A stretch of 64,000 nt of DNA from Nemertoderma westbladi. Its lineage: Eukaryota > Animalia > Xenacoelomorpha. Location of the stretch: the NCBI GenBank assembly GCA_032718475.1, contig JAUCBJ010000837.1, positions 1-64,000 of the forward strand. Direction: 5' to 3'. A program made the position numbers and the translations under genes. Below are positions 36,578 to 49,237 of the stretch, in pieces; within the stretch, counting starts at the first letter, position 1; the number at the start of each line of letters is the position of its first letter. The notes beneath the pieces were generated by a model. That model was not told the origin of the DNA, made no database searches, and worked only from the letters and a program-made list of their open reading frames with translations.

Positions 36578-37763
36578 TGTAAAAGCTTTTGCGGAATTAA
36601 CCGGTTGTTTTCCCCGTAAAGTACTCTGTAGTTGGTTTAACAGGCATAAAAGGCCGTATCCTTACTGTACTAGTGTTTTAGGGGACATAAAAGCTATTTC
36701 TTCTGTATGTGTACTTTAGCGGACATAATTAGCAATTCTGTGATGCAATGCGCTAGATCCTCTTGAAACAGTGTAGTTCCTATGACGACAGCTAACAGCT
36801 GAGCTGTACACGTGTAGCTTTTCCCTTGTTCTCTGGTGTTTCTTTGTTCGGTCAACCAATCAGAGCGATTCTCCTGCTTTTTATACAGAAACCTCCGAAA
36901 AATCGCACAATGCATTATGGGTCAATGTTGACATTTGGTCCTGAGCCCAGAAGACCGGCTTTTCGAATCTCTGTGTTTTCAGTCTTTAGCCCAACATTAG
37001 TAGGCTTAATTATAGAACGTATATCTGTTATCATACCATAACAAACCATACCAATTCGCATCTCACTAAACATATCAATCAAACTTAACTTAACATTTTA
37101 CTGCTATTTACTGTCGGTTATTCATTATATCTGTTGATGGAATATTATATTTGGAATACTGATAAATAATCAGACACCCCAATCTTCTTGATATACTGAA
37201 GGTTAGAGAGACCGGTTACATATAACGATTGCGACTTACATTAAAGTGGTTTGAAGTGAATCTAATGCTATTTCATAGACACTACATGTACCGTCTGTTG
37301 TTCTCTTTATATGTGACTAAAATTAGTGAAGGTCGGCAGATCAGTGTGCAGCATTGTGCAGTATTGTGTATGATTGTGACTGATAACAAAGCATCTCCTA
37401 AAGAATGCGCCATATAGGTGAATCTATAGCCATCCCGTTGTGTCTAGTTTAAGTCATAACTCTGTTTACATATTTAGAGCGCCACGTCCTAAAGGAACTG
37501 TTAATATTTCCAGAAAGTGAATAATATTTGTCAGAGATTATATATATTACGATCAGTCGAATAATACAGTAGGCCTACCCCGCAATACGGTTAGGCTTCC
37601 GAATCCAGTCTCCCGGGTATATCCAGCGGGTGAATGATCGCGCATAGACTGGCTTCGGCTAATGTAGTGTATCAAATACTTGTCATAGGCTAAAGACGAT
37701 CTATTATCTAGAAGACATCCCAATTTGGCAGGTTAAACTGCTAAAGGTCTGAAAGCGCGAACA
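36578..37763 (+). repeat. 3' LTR (1186 bp)
   Basis: Near-identical to 18948-20153 and followed by TSD ATAAT. Confidence 0.97.
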
Positions 37764-38973
37764 ATAATTGAAGAGTTATCAAAAAAGAAAGACAGGCATC
37801 TGGCTGTTATCTTTGTTGACTTCTTCAAGGCCTTTGATTCAGTCTCTCGCTCACGTATGTTCAGCATACTTTCATTATATGGGATTCCTGATGAAATTAT
37901 TGCAGCAATCAGATCAGTATACGATGGTTCGACAACATTTGTGTCTACTGTTGATGGTGACACAGAACCATTTGAAGTGTTATGGGGCGTCCTCCAAGGA
38001 GACACACTTGCACCATTCTTGTTCATTATTGTGGTTGACTATGTTCTACGCATGTCCTTAGATCATCATAATGATGATGGGGTGTTGATAACTCCACCTA
38101 CTGGCTCCAGAAGTCGTGGAAATCCTGCCAAGTACCTAACTGATCTAGACTTTGCTGATGACTTAGGAGTACTCTCAGAATCATTAGAGGGAGCCCAGCG
38201 GCTCCTCAGCTCATTAGAACATGCTGCTTCTAATGTTGGTCTTTTTATTAACTCCAGAAAGACCAAAATTCTGACAGTTAACTTTGTAAGTCCTCAGCAA
38301 GTCTCTGATCGGATGAGCATAAGCTCAAAGGATGGTATGCTTGAGCATGTGGACGACTTCTGTTACCTGGGATTATGGATCCGGAAGTCAGGTGAGGACC
38401 TTTGAATACGTAAGGGAAAGGCATGGGCAGCCTTGAATAGGCTTTCCAGGATTTGGAAGTCACCTAGAATTAATCGGAAACTTAAGGTCCGATTATTTAG
38501 AGCAGCAGTAGTTCCAGTACTCCTCTACGGGAGTCCATGCTGGGCTCTAACTGCTGAGGACACCAAATCTCTGGATGGCACATTCACAAGAATGCTACGC
38601 CGGGTACATTGTGTCAAGTACAATGCACACATCTCCAACCAGACACTATATAACATTGGAGGTGTCTCATTGGTTCCCCCAAGCTTGACACTAGAACAAA
38701 ATCGCCTCCGCTTTGCAGGACATTGCTTTCGCCGTGAGGACCAGCCAGTGCATAATCTTGTACTTTGGCAGCCTCATGGAGTGAATAAGCATGGTGGACA
38801 GCCCATGACTTTCTTGAGACGCATCTTAAAGGACACTGGCCTTAAAGATGCGGATGATCTAGCAAATGTCATGGGTGATAGGGAGTTGTGGCGGTGCAAT
38901 TTTGTTGACAAGCCGGCACAGCATTCTTAAAAATGCAGCTGCAATGCAGCATGCCGATCCTAGTAGTAGTAGT
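37764..38973 (+). pseudogene. RTE-clade LINE RT, 3' part with (TAG)n tail
   Basis: FVDFFKAFDSV, GVLQGDTLAPFLFIIVVDY, DLDFADD, FCYLG, RLRFAGHCFR. One internal stop near 38403. Tail tagtagtagtagt. Confidence 0.93.
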
Positions 38974-39158
38974 TGAGGTCTATTAACACCATCCCAGTTA
39001 ACTGGCCACCATCTGCTGCTGATTGGATGACGGTGTCTATATATATCAGGCATGTTTCAGTTGAATAGCCTTTACGAAAACCACTTTGAAGGGCAGATAT
39101 AATTGAGTTTGATATTAAGTCCTCGTGTCCTATATTAAGCCTATATTAAGTCCTATAT

Positions 39159-39609
39159 GTACTCCTCTATGGGAGTCCATGCTGGGCTCTAACTGCTGAG
39201 GACACCAAATCTCTGGATGGCACATTCACAAGAATGCTACGCCGGGTTCATTTTGTCAAGTACAATGCACACATCTCCAACCAGACACTATATAACATTG
39301 GAGATGTCTCATTGGTTCCCCCAAGCTTGACACTAGAACAAAATCGCCTCCGCTTTGCAGGACATTGCTTTCGCCGTGAGGACCAGCCAGTGCATAATCT
39401 TGTACTTTGGCAGCCTCATGGAGTGAATAAGCATGGTGGACAGCCCATGACATCCTTGAGACGCATCTTAAAGGACACTGGTCTTGAAGATGCGGATGAT
39501 CTAGCAAATGTCATGGGTGATAGGGAGTTGTGGCGGCGCAATTTTGTCGACAAGCCGGCACAGCATTCTTAAAAATGCAGCTGCAATGCAGCATGCCGAT
39601 ACTAGTAGT
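39159..39609 (+). mobile_element. Second, 5'-truncated copy of the same RTE 3' end
   Basis: Near-identical to ~38516-38970, including the stop codon and tagtagt tail. Confidence 0.92.
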
Positions 39610-42600
39610 TGATATTAAGTAATGGTACATCTGATCGTAGATCTATTTTTTTATAATCTTCGAGAGTATCGGTAGTAGTGCCACAGGTCTGAAGTTTTCA
39701 CGTTGAGTTTGTGTGTTTCTCTTATAGATTGGTGTCACTTTGGCTAGTTTTCACGTTGAGTTTGTGTGTTTCTCTTATAGATTGGTGTCACTTTGGCTAG
39801 TTTTCACGTTGAGTTTGTGTGTTTCTCTTATAGATTGGTGTCACTTTGGCTAGTTTTCACGTTGAGTTTGTGTGTTTCTCTTATAGATTGGTGTCACTTT
39901 GGCTAGTTTTCACGTTGAGTTTGTGTGTTTCTCTTATAGATTGGTGTCACTTTGGCTAGTTTTCACGTTGAGTTTGTGTGTTTCTCTTATAGATTGGTGT
40001 CACTTTGGCTAGTTTTCACGTTGAGTTTGTGTGTTTCTCTTATAGATTGGTGTCACTTTGGCTAGTTTTCACGTTGATTTTGTGTGTTTCTCTTATAGAT
40101 TGGTGTCACTTTGGCTAGTTTTCACGTTGAGTTTGTGTGTTTCTCTTATAGATTGGTGTCACTTTGGCTAGTTTTCACGTTGAGTTTGTGTGTTTCTCTT
40201 ATAGATTGGTGTCACTTTGGCTAGTTTTCACGTTGAGTTTGTGTGTTTCTCTTATATATTGGTGTCACTTTGGCTAGTTTTCACGTTGAGTTTGTGTGTT
40301 TCTCTTATAGATTGGTGTCACTTTGGCTAGTTTTCACGTTGAGTTTGTGTGTTTCTCTTATAGATTGGTGTCACTTTGGCTAGTTTTCACGTTGAGTTTG
40401 TGTGTTTCTCTTATAGATTGGTGTCACTTTGGCTAGTTTTCACGTTGAGTTTGTGTGTTTCTCTTATAGATTGGTGTCACTTTGGCTAGTTTTCACGTTG
40501 AGTTTGTGTGTTTCTCTTATAGATTGGTGTCACTTTGGCTAGTTTTCACGTTGAGTTTGTGTGTTTCTCTTATAGATTGGTGTCACTTTGGCTAGTTTTC
40601 ACGTTGAGTTTGTGTGTTTCTCTTATAGATTGGTGTCACTTTGGCTAGTTTTCACGTTGAGTTTGTGTGTTTCTCTTATAGATTGGTGTCACTTTGGCTA
40701 GTTTTCACGTTGAGTTTGTGTGTTTCTCTTATAGATTGGTGTCACTTTGGCTAGTTTTCACGTTGAGTTTGTGTGTTTCTCTTATAGATTGGTGTCACTT
40801 TGGCTAGTTTTCACGTTGAGTTTGTGTGTTTCTCTTATAGATTGGTGTCACTTTGGCTAGTTTTCACGTTGAGTTTGTGTGTTTCTCTTATAGATTGGTG
40901 TCACTTTGGCTAGTTTTCACGTTGAGTTTGTGTGTTTCTCTTATAGATTGGTGTCACTTTGGCTAGTTTTCACGTTGAGTTTGTGTGTTTCTCTTATAGA
41001 TTGGTGTCACTTTGGCTAGTTTTCACGTTGAGTTTGTGTGTTTCTCTTATAGATTGGTGTCACTTTGGCTAGTTTTCACGTTGAGTTTGTGTGTTTCTCT
41101 TATAGATTGGTGTCACTTTGGCTAGTTTTCACGTTGAGTTTGTGTGTTTCTCTTATAGATTGGTGTCACTTTGGCTAGTTTTCACGTTGAGTTTGTGTGT
41201 TTCTCTTATAGATTGGTGTCACTTTGGCTAGTTTTCACGTTGAGTTTGTGTGTTTCTCTTATAGATTGGTGTCACTTTGGCTAGTTTTCACGTTGAGTTT
41301 GTGTGTTTCTCTTATAGATTGGTGTCACTTTGGCTAGTTTTCACGTTGAGTTTGTGTGTTTCTCTTATAGATTGGTGTCACTTTGGCTAGTTTTCACGTT
41401 GAGTTTGTGTGTTTCTCTTATAGATTGGTGTCACTTTGGCTAGTTTTCACGTTGAGTTTGTGTGTTTCTCTTATAGATTGGTGTCACTTTGGCTAGTTTT
41501 CACGTTGAGTTTGTGTGTTTCTCTTATAGATTGGTGTCACTTTGGCTAGTTTTCACGTTGAGTTTGTGTGTTTCTCTTATAGATTGGTGTCACTTTGGCT
41601 AGTTTTCACGTTGAGTTTGTGTGTTTCTCTTATAGATTGGTGTCACTTTGGCTAGTTTTCACGTTGAGTTTGTGTGTTTCTCTTATAGATTGGTGTCACT
41701 TTGGCTAGTTTTCACGTTGAGTTTGTGTGTTTCTCTTATAGATTGGTGTCACTTTGGCTAGTTTTCACGTTGAGTTTGTGTGTTTCTCTTATAGATTGGT
41801 GTCACTTTGGCTAGTTTTCACGTTGAGTTTGTGTGTTTCTCTTATAGATTGGTGTCACTTTGGCTAGTTTTCACGTTGAGTTTGTGTGTTTCTCTTATAG
41901 ATTGGTGTCACTTTGGCTAGTTTTCACGTTGAGTTTGTGTGTTTCTCTTATAGATTGGTGTCACTTTGGCTAGTTTTCACGTTGAGTTTGTGTGTTTCTC
42001 TTATAGATTGGTGTCACTTTGGCTAGTTTTCACGTTGAGTTTGTGTGTTTCTCTTATAGATTGGTGTCACTTTGGCTAGTTTTCACGTTGAGTTTGTGTG
42101 TTTCTCTTATAGATTGGTGTCACTTTGGCTAGTTTTCACGTTGAGTTTGTGTGTTTCTCTTATAGATTGGTGTCACTTTGGCTAGTTTTCACGTTGAGTT
42201 TGTGTGTTTCTCTTATAGATTGGTGTCACTTTGGCTAGTTTTCACGTTGAGTTTGTGTGTTTCTCTTATAGATTGGTGTCACTTTGGCTAGTTTTCACGT
42301 TGAGTTTGTGTGTTTCTCTTATAGATTGGTGTCACTTTGGCTAGTTTTCACGTTGAGTTTGTGTGTTTCTCTTATAGATTGGTGTCACTTTGGCTAATTT
42401 TCACGTTGAGTTTGTGTGTTTCTCTTATAGATTGGTGTCACTTTGGCTAGTTTTCACGTTGAGTTTGTGTGTTTCTCTTATAGATTGGTGTCACTTTGGC
42501 TAATTTTCACGTTGAGTTTGTGTGTTTCTCTTATAGATTGGTGTCACTTTGGCTAGTTTTCACGTTGAGTTTGTGTGTTTCTCTTATAGATTGGTGTCAC

Positions 42601-45200
42601 TTTGGCTAATTTTCACGTTGAGTTTGTGTGTTTCTCTTATAGATTGGTGTCACTTTGGCTAGTTTTCACGTTGAGTTTGTGTGTTTCTCTTATAGATTGG
42701 TGTCACTTTGGCTAATTTTCACGTTGAGTTTGTGTGTTTCTCTTATAGATTGGTGTCACTTTGGCTAGTTTTCACGTTGAGTTTGTGTGTTTCTCTTATA
42801 GATTGGTGTCACTTTGGCTAGTTTTCACGTTGAGTTTGTGTGTTTCTCTTATAGATTGGTGTCACTTTGGCTAGTTTTCACGTTGAGTTTGTGTGTTTCT
42901 CTTATAGATTGGTGTCACTTTGGCTAATTTTCACGTTGAGTTTGTGTGTTTCTCTTATAGATTGGTGTCACTTTGGCTAGTTTTCACGTTGAGTTTGTGT
43001 GTTTCTCTTATAGATTGGTGTCACTTTGGCTAATTTTCACGTTGAGTTTGTGTGTTTCTCTTATAGATTGGTGTCACTTTGGCTAATTTTCACGTTGAGT
43101 TTGTGTGTTTCTCTTATAGATTGGTGTCACTTTGGCTAATTTTCACGTTGAGTTTGTGTGTTTCTCTTATAGATTGGTGTCACTTTGGCTAGTTTTCACG
43201 TTGAGTTTGTGTGTTTCTCTTATAGATTGGTGTCACTTTGGCTAGTTTTCACGTTGAGTTTGTGTGTTTCTCTTATAGATTGGTGTCACTTTGGCTAGTT
43301 TTCACGTTGAGTTTGTGTGTTTCTCTTATAGATTGGTGTCACTTTGGCTAGTTTTCACGTTGTGTTTGTCTGTTTTTCTTATTGGTGTCACTTTGGCTAA
43401 TTTTCACGTTGAGTTTGTGTATTTCTCTTATAGATTGGTGTCACTTTGGCTAGTTTTCACGTTGAGTTTGTGTGTTTCTCTTATAGATTGGTGTCACTTT
43501 GGCTAATTTTCACGTTGAGTTTGTGTGTTTCTCTTATAGATTGGTGTCACTTTGGCTAATTTTCACGTTGAGTTTGTGTGTTTCTCTTATAGATTGGTGT
43601 CACTTTGGCTAGTTTTCACGTTGAGTTTGTGTGTTTCTCTTATAGATTGGTGTCACTTTGGCTAGTTTTCACGTTGAGTTTGTCTGTTCTGTTATAGATT
43701 GGTGTCACTTTGGCTAATTTTCACGTTGAGTTTGTGTGTTTCTCTTATAGATTGGTGTCACTTTGGCTAGTTTTCACGTTGAGTTTGTGTGTTTCTCTTA
43801 TAGATTGGTGTCACTTTGGCTAGTTTTCACGTTGAGTTTGTGTGTTTCTCTTATAGATTGGTGTCACTTTGGCTAGTTTTCACGTTGAGTTTGTGTGTTT
43901 CTCTTATAGATTGGTGTCACTTTGGCTAGTTTTCACGTTGAGTTTGTGTGTTTCTCTTATAGATTGGTGTCACTTTGGCTAGTTTTCACGTTGAGTTTGT
44001 GTGTTTCTCTTATAGATTGGTGTCCCTTTGGCTAGTTTTCACGTTGAGTTTGTGTGTTTCTCTTATAGATTGGTGTCACTTTGGCTAGTTTTCACGTTGA
44101 GTTTGTGTGTTTCTCTTATAGATTGGTGTCACTTTGGCTAGTTTTCACGTTGAGTTTGTGTGTTTCTCTTATAGATTGGTGTCACTTTGGCTAATTTTCA
44201 CGTTGAGTTTGTGTGTTTCTCTTATAGATTGGTGTCACTTTGGCTAGTTTTCACGTTGAGTTTGTGTGTTTCTCTTATAGATTGGTGTCACTTTGGCTAG
44301 TTTTTACGTTGAGTTTGTGTGTTTCTCTTATAGATTGGTGTCACTTTGGCTAGTTTCATCGATGACGGAAATTTACATGTTCTAATGGAGATATTTGTAA
44401 TGTGAGTTGTTGCTTTTGTTAGTCCAGTATAGCCATCCTTGTATATTTTTGCTGGTATACCATCAATGCCGGGACTTTTGTCAGGATTCAGGTTGCATAG
44501 GATTTGGGAAACCACATCCTCTTCAGTTTCTTTTAGAGTAAAGCTATATTTTGTTATACCCTTAGATTCATAATAGTTGGCTACTGCAGTCTCACCAAAT
44601 CGACCAGTAGGCGGTGGTAGTTGTGTTTCCAATTCATTTGCAACACCAGTGAAATATTCATTAAATGCATTAGCTATCTGTTTAGGTTCAGAAACTAATT
44701 CAGTTCCATTATTAATTGTAAGCGGTCCATTTGATTGGCTCTTCTTTGATGGTAAGCCGATGTTTTTGAGGGTCTTCCATAATTGTTTAGAGTTTGTTCT
44801 ATTCTCCTTAATTTGTTCACGTATATATGTCTGTTTTGTTTCTTTTATTAGTTTAGTGGTATCGTTCCTGATCCTCTTGTAGTTTGTTTCCTTTTCCTCA
44901 GTGCGGAATTTTCTTGCAGTGGATAATGCTTTGTTTCGCATTGTTATAGTGTGAAGTAGATTTGGAGTTATCCAGGGTTCGCTGTGTGTTTTGATTCTGA
45001 TATCTCGTTTTGGGGCTATAGTGTCAAGAATCTTTTTAGTTTCAGAATTTAGGATATCCACGGCTGAGTCCACGTCGTTTATATTGCTAATGTTATTAAT
45101 TTCACTATTGTTCGCAATCATTTCATTTAGTTTGGGTATGGAGTATTCTCTGTATGTTCGCGCTCGAATTATTTTAGGTATGTAATTATGGTTTTTAAGT
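39606..45200 (-). pseudogene. CR1/L2-group LINE ORF2 fragment containing an internal satellite expansion
   Basis: EPWIT..., FNEYFTGVA, KSPGIDGIP, FPSSMKLAKVTPIYK. The frame resumes on the far side of the array as ENFRPVALLPILSKII. Confidence 0.88.
39693..44358. repeat. 53-bp tandem satellite, about 88 nearly identical copies
   Basis: Unit gttttcacgttgagtttgtgtgtttctcttatagattggtgtcactttggcta. Confidence 0.98.
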
Positions 45201-45499
45201 TTCTTCCTGTTTGTAAGTTTACCTTGGGTCAAGGAAGCTATACATCTGGGCAATAAATTTGATTTCTCGTGCACTTTTAAATCTGATATTATGTGTAAAC
45301 GTGGTAAACTTATAGGTAAACTCAACTGTCTAAGACAAGAATTTAGCTTTTGCCATCCCTTCTGTTTAACGGAGTTACAACGTATTTACGCTACCAGTTT
45401 CTTCAGTAGAAGGTTTAGTCCACTATCCGTACCCTATGTCAATGTTGTCCAGTCGGTTTGTGAAATTTTGCATTGGTTTACTTCATAGTACTAAACACT

Positions 45500-45770
45500 T
45501 CGTTTCTTATCAAATTTAACCCTTTTTGTTTGTCGCAGTACAAGTGGGGATAATCTGAAACGTATTTGTTCTCACTGCAATGTATCGTATTCAAATATTA
45601 TTACTCCTAAAGTAGCAAATGTAAGTAGGTGGTATATAAATAATGATAATATCAATAACGTCAATTTGTGTAGGGAATTAGTGGATTGCAGGCAGGGTTT
45701 ACTAGAAGTACCTGGATTTGATCAGAATGAAATTATTGATATGTTACAATTAATATGTACGATGTAATGT
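45500..45770 (+). pseudogene. C-terminal fragment of a LINE ORF2
   Basis: Translates VNLCRELVDCRQGLLEVPGFDQNEIIDMLQLICTM*, resembling a C-terminal pattern seen in some LINE ORF2 proteins. An AT-rich tail follows. Confidence 0.5.
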
Positions 45771-47234
45771 AATACGTTAAATTGAATATTATAAATAATT
45801 AATTAATTAATTTTATCGTTTAATCTTTATATACAATAAATATTTTCTTATATATTTTTCCTTATTGTGCTATACATACCTACTTATTTGTTTTGGCTGT
45901 GCTACTATAATACTTTGTGTATCATAGTATGTATGAAATTATATTAAATTAAAGAGATACCGGTAGCATAGAAACTAAGATTACAAATTTCCGCGGACAT
46001 AAAAAGTCAAAATAAACGGACATAATGAGTGATTTAAACGGACAAGAAAAATTATTCCCTTTACTTAGTAGCACTTACTAGCTGCCTAACGAAACAGGCT
46101 GGCACGGCACGGGTAAGCATTGGATTACTTTGCTTTTAACATTTAACCTGTTACTATGGTTACTAAAACACCACAACCCGCCAATGACGTAAACTTTCCA
46201 ATGGGGCCCTTATGAGACTACTCATTGAATATATTGCATTCAATAGTACAAACTGCATAAGTGTAACGATGTAAAAAAAATGTCACACAGTACACCATGT
46301 CCCGGAATTCATGAAATTTGAAACAGAGATAGTTTAACCTCCCGACCACTACTGACTGGGTGAGCCAGAATTTTTATTTTTGCTTTCAATCTTTAGCTAC
46401 AAACGTTTAAAAAAAAGTGTCTCCGGCGATATTTCACCAGTTACACCGCAGTTATTCTTCTTTCGTTATAGATGTTAGGGTTGGTACTGCTAGAAAGCTG
46501 GCCCTGCAAGGATTCCAAATATGTAACACAATATGAATTGCGTTGAAAAATAGCTGAGGCGGGCATTCAAAAGTTGCATGGTTTTGCAACAGAGCTTGGC
46601 TATTTTATTATATTTAATAAATACACCATATTCTTAAAACAAATACAAATTCTTCATATACAATATAATATATAATATATCGACCGAAAAGTGAAAACCG
46701 TCGGTTGTCTGCTGTCGGGTATCGGTTGTCTGCTGTCGGTTGTTTGCTGTCGGTTGTCTACTGTCGGTTGTAGCAACAACCAATTATGCAACCAGCACTA
46801 GCAATGGCACAACGACTACCAATTCCACAAGCTGCAACCAGCACTAGCATGGGCATAAGAACTACTAATTCTACAAACCGCAACCATCCACCATTACAAT
46901 TTTTCACAAGCGAACTTACGAACAACAAGTTTGGTTCACAATACCACAATAAATATGAAGGGTCTCACCATGATCCAGAATAAGTGGTCTCGCAGTCAGT
47001 AGACAGTATACCACTTCATAAAGCTGTAAAGATGTGGAGGACGTTATGTCTGCCACTAATCTTATTATACATTTATTATAGGAAGTGACTGCGACCCACT
47101 GATCTTATGGTTCCCCAAGCCTAACGCCGTCAAAAATTAAACGGCTTTCTGTTTTATGTAGAAAAGAAATGCGAAACCCACGTCTTGCTTATGTCAATGT
47201 ATAGGCATTCTAATGGATCCCGCCTCCTTTTTGT

Positions 47235-47960
47235 AGTGAATTTAGAGCATCAAAAATAATTATTACCGGTTTTCAAAAATTTAATTGTACGCCAAATTAA
47301 CTTGCGGCACTCAAAAAGCATTTATAATGACAAAATTAACAATTATTATTAGCACAAAAATACATATTAAGGGCAAAAAACAATTATTATGTGCAGAAAA
47401 CATGTGTAGCATGAAAAATACAAAATTATTTAGATCAAAAAATGACTTTTTTTGGCAATAAGCGTTTGTTACAGAGAGATGAATAAATTTTAATTAAGCT
47501 GCTATGTCGGATATTTTGCCATTATTATTGTTTTATAATATTTTTCGCATGAATGCATAGACAGACATGTTATGTTACGACATATTATAATTTTTCATGC
47601 AATACGTTTTTTTTTAAATTTACATTTATGTACCATATTTAACTATATATTAATGAATAATTCACATCGAAAACGTAACATCTATACTGTATACCAGACC
47701 GTCGTTATAATAATAGTGAGTTTGTTTTACGCTTAAATCGGGACATATTTTGCCAAATTTGGACATATCTTTTTATCGACATTATAAATGTTTTTTTCCC
47801 TCAATGAAAGCAATTTATTTTTTCCCAATATATTTTTTTCTAATAATATTGTTAATTTGGGCACAATAAAAGCTTTTTAAGCGCCGAATATAAATTTTGC
47901 ATACAATGAAAGTTTTGAAAGAAAAAATAAAGTAACTATTTTTTGCGCTCCAAAATTCAC
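47235..47960. repeat. Degenerate inverted repeat (old MITE)
   Basis: 47235-47350 matches the reverse complement of ~47840-47960. Confidence 0.6.
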
Positions 47961-48348
47961 GAGAAAATTAAAATTAAATATATTAAATATATTAAAATTA
48001 TTACGAATACAAAATGTGAGACAGTAGGGAAACGTAACACAAATCCCATCTCAGCGAAATAATATCTCGTCTCAATGTTCAAATGTCAATTAAGGGAAAG
48101 AAAGGTATAGGTTACAGGGGCTCGTTATTCTAACAAAACAATAAACTTAAGTTAATAGAATAGGTTACAGTTTTATTTTTGGGAGAAATCATCTGTTATT
48201 AGCGTAAATGTTCCCTTGGAGAGGGATGCTTTTTTATAGCGTAGAAAGCACCCCCCCCCCCCCCCCCCCCCCCAATCTGAAAAATGGTATTTGGCAGTTT
48301 CTCAGTCCATGGAAGTTTCCAGTTATTTTCTAATAAAAATGCCGCCTA

Positions 48349-49237
48349 TGACCTGTGTAGGTCTGTTACTCTTTATAGGGTAGGGCCTGCTAACAGTAGT
48401 CTATCTGACCTGTGTAGGTCTGTTACTCTTTATAGGGTAGGGACTACTAACAGTAGTCTATCTGACCTGTGTAGGTCTGTTACTCTTTATAGGGTAGGGC
48501 CTGCTAACAGTAGTCTATCTGACCTGTGTAGGTCTGTTACTCTTTATAGGGTAGGGACTACTAACAGTAGTCTATCTGACCTGTGTAGGTCTGTTACTCT
48601 TTATAGGGTAGGGACTACTAACAGTAGTCTATCTGACCTGTGTAGGTCTGTTACTCTTTATAGGGTAGGGCCTACTAACAGTAGTCTATCTGACCTGTGT
48701 AGGTCTGTTACTCTTTATAGGGTAGGGACTACTAACAGTAGTCTATCTGACCGGTGTAGGTCTGTTACTCTTTATAGGGTAGGGACTACTAACAGTAGTC
48801 TATCTGACCGGTGTAGGTCTGTTACTCTTTATAGGGTAGGGCCTACTAACAGTAGTCTATCTGACCTGTGTAGGTCTGTTACTCTCTATAGGGTAGGGAC
48901 TACTAACAGTAGTCTATCTGACCGGTGTAGGTCTGTTACTCTTTATAGGGTAGGGACTACTAACAGTAGTCTATCTGACCTGTGTAGGTCTGTTACTCTT
49001 TATAGGGTAGGGACTACTAACAGTAGTCTATCTGACCTGTGTAGGTCTGTTACTCTTTATAGGGTAGGGCCTACTAACAGTAGTCTATCTGACCTGTGTA
49101 GGTCTGTTACTCTTTATAGGGTAGAGACTACTAACAGTAGTCTATCTGACCTGTGTAGGTCTGTTACTCTTTATAGGGTAAGGCCTACTAACAGTAGTCT
49201 ATCTGACCGGTGTAGGTCTGTTACTCTTTATAGGGTA
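48349..49237. repeat. 57-bp minisatellite, about 15.5 copies
   Basis: Unit gacctgtgtaggtctgttactctttatagggtagggactactaacagtagtctatct. Confidence 0.97.

Larger units (their letters stand above)
18948..37763 (+). mobile_element. Giant (18,816 bp) BEL/Pao LTR retrotransposon with an accessory exonuclease region
   Basis: Paired TG...CA LTRs, ATAAT TSD (18943-18947 and 37764-37768), PPT, and gag-PR-RT-RH-IN domain order. Confidence 0.97.

Noticed and set aside
39693-44358. Long regular array as a CRISPR locus
   Set aside because: The units are head-to-tail with no unique spacers, there are no cas genes, and the unit derives from a LINE.
48251-48273. Poly-C/G tracts (also ~12212-12250, ~53167-53186, ~62935-62952) as functional G-quadruplexes
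   Set aside because: Simple homopolymers with no contextual support.
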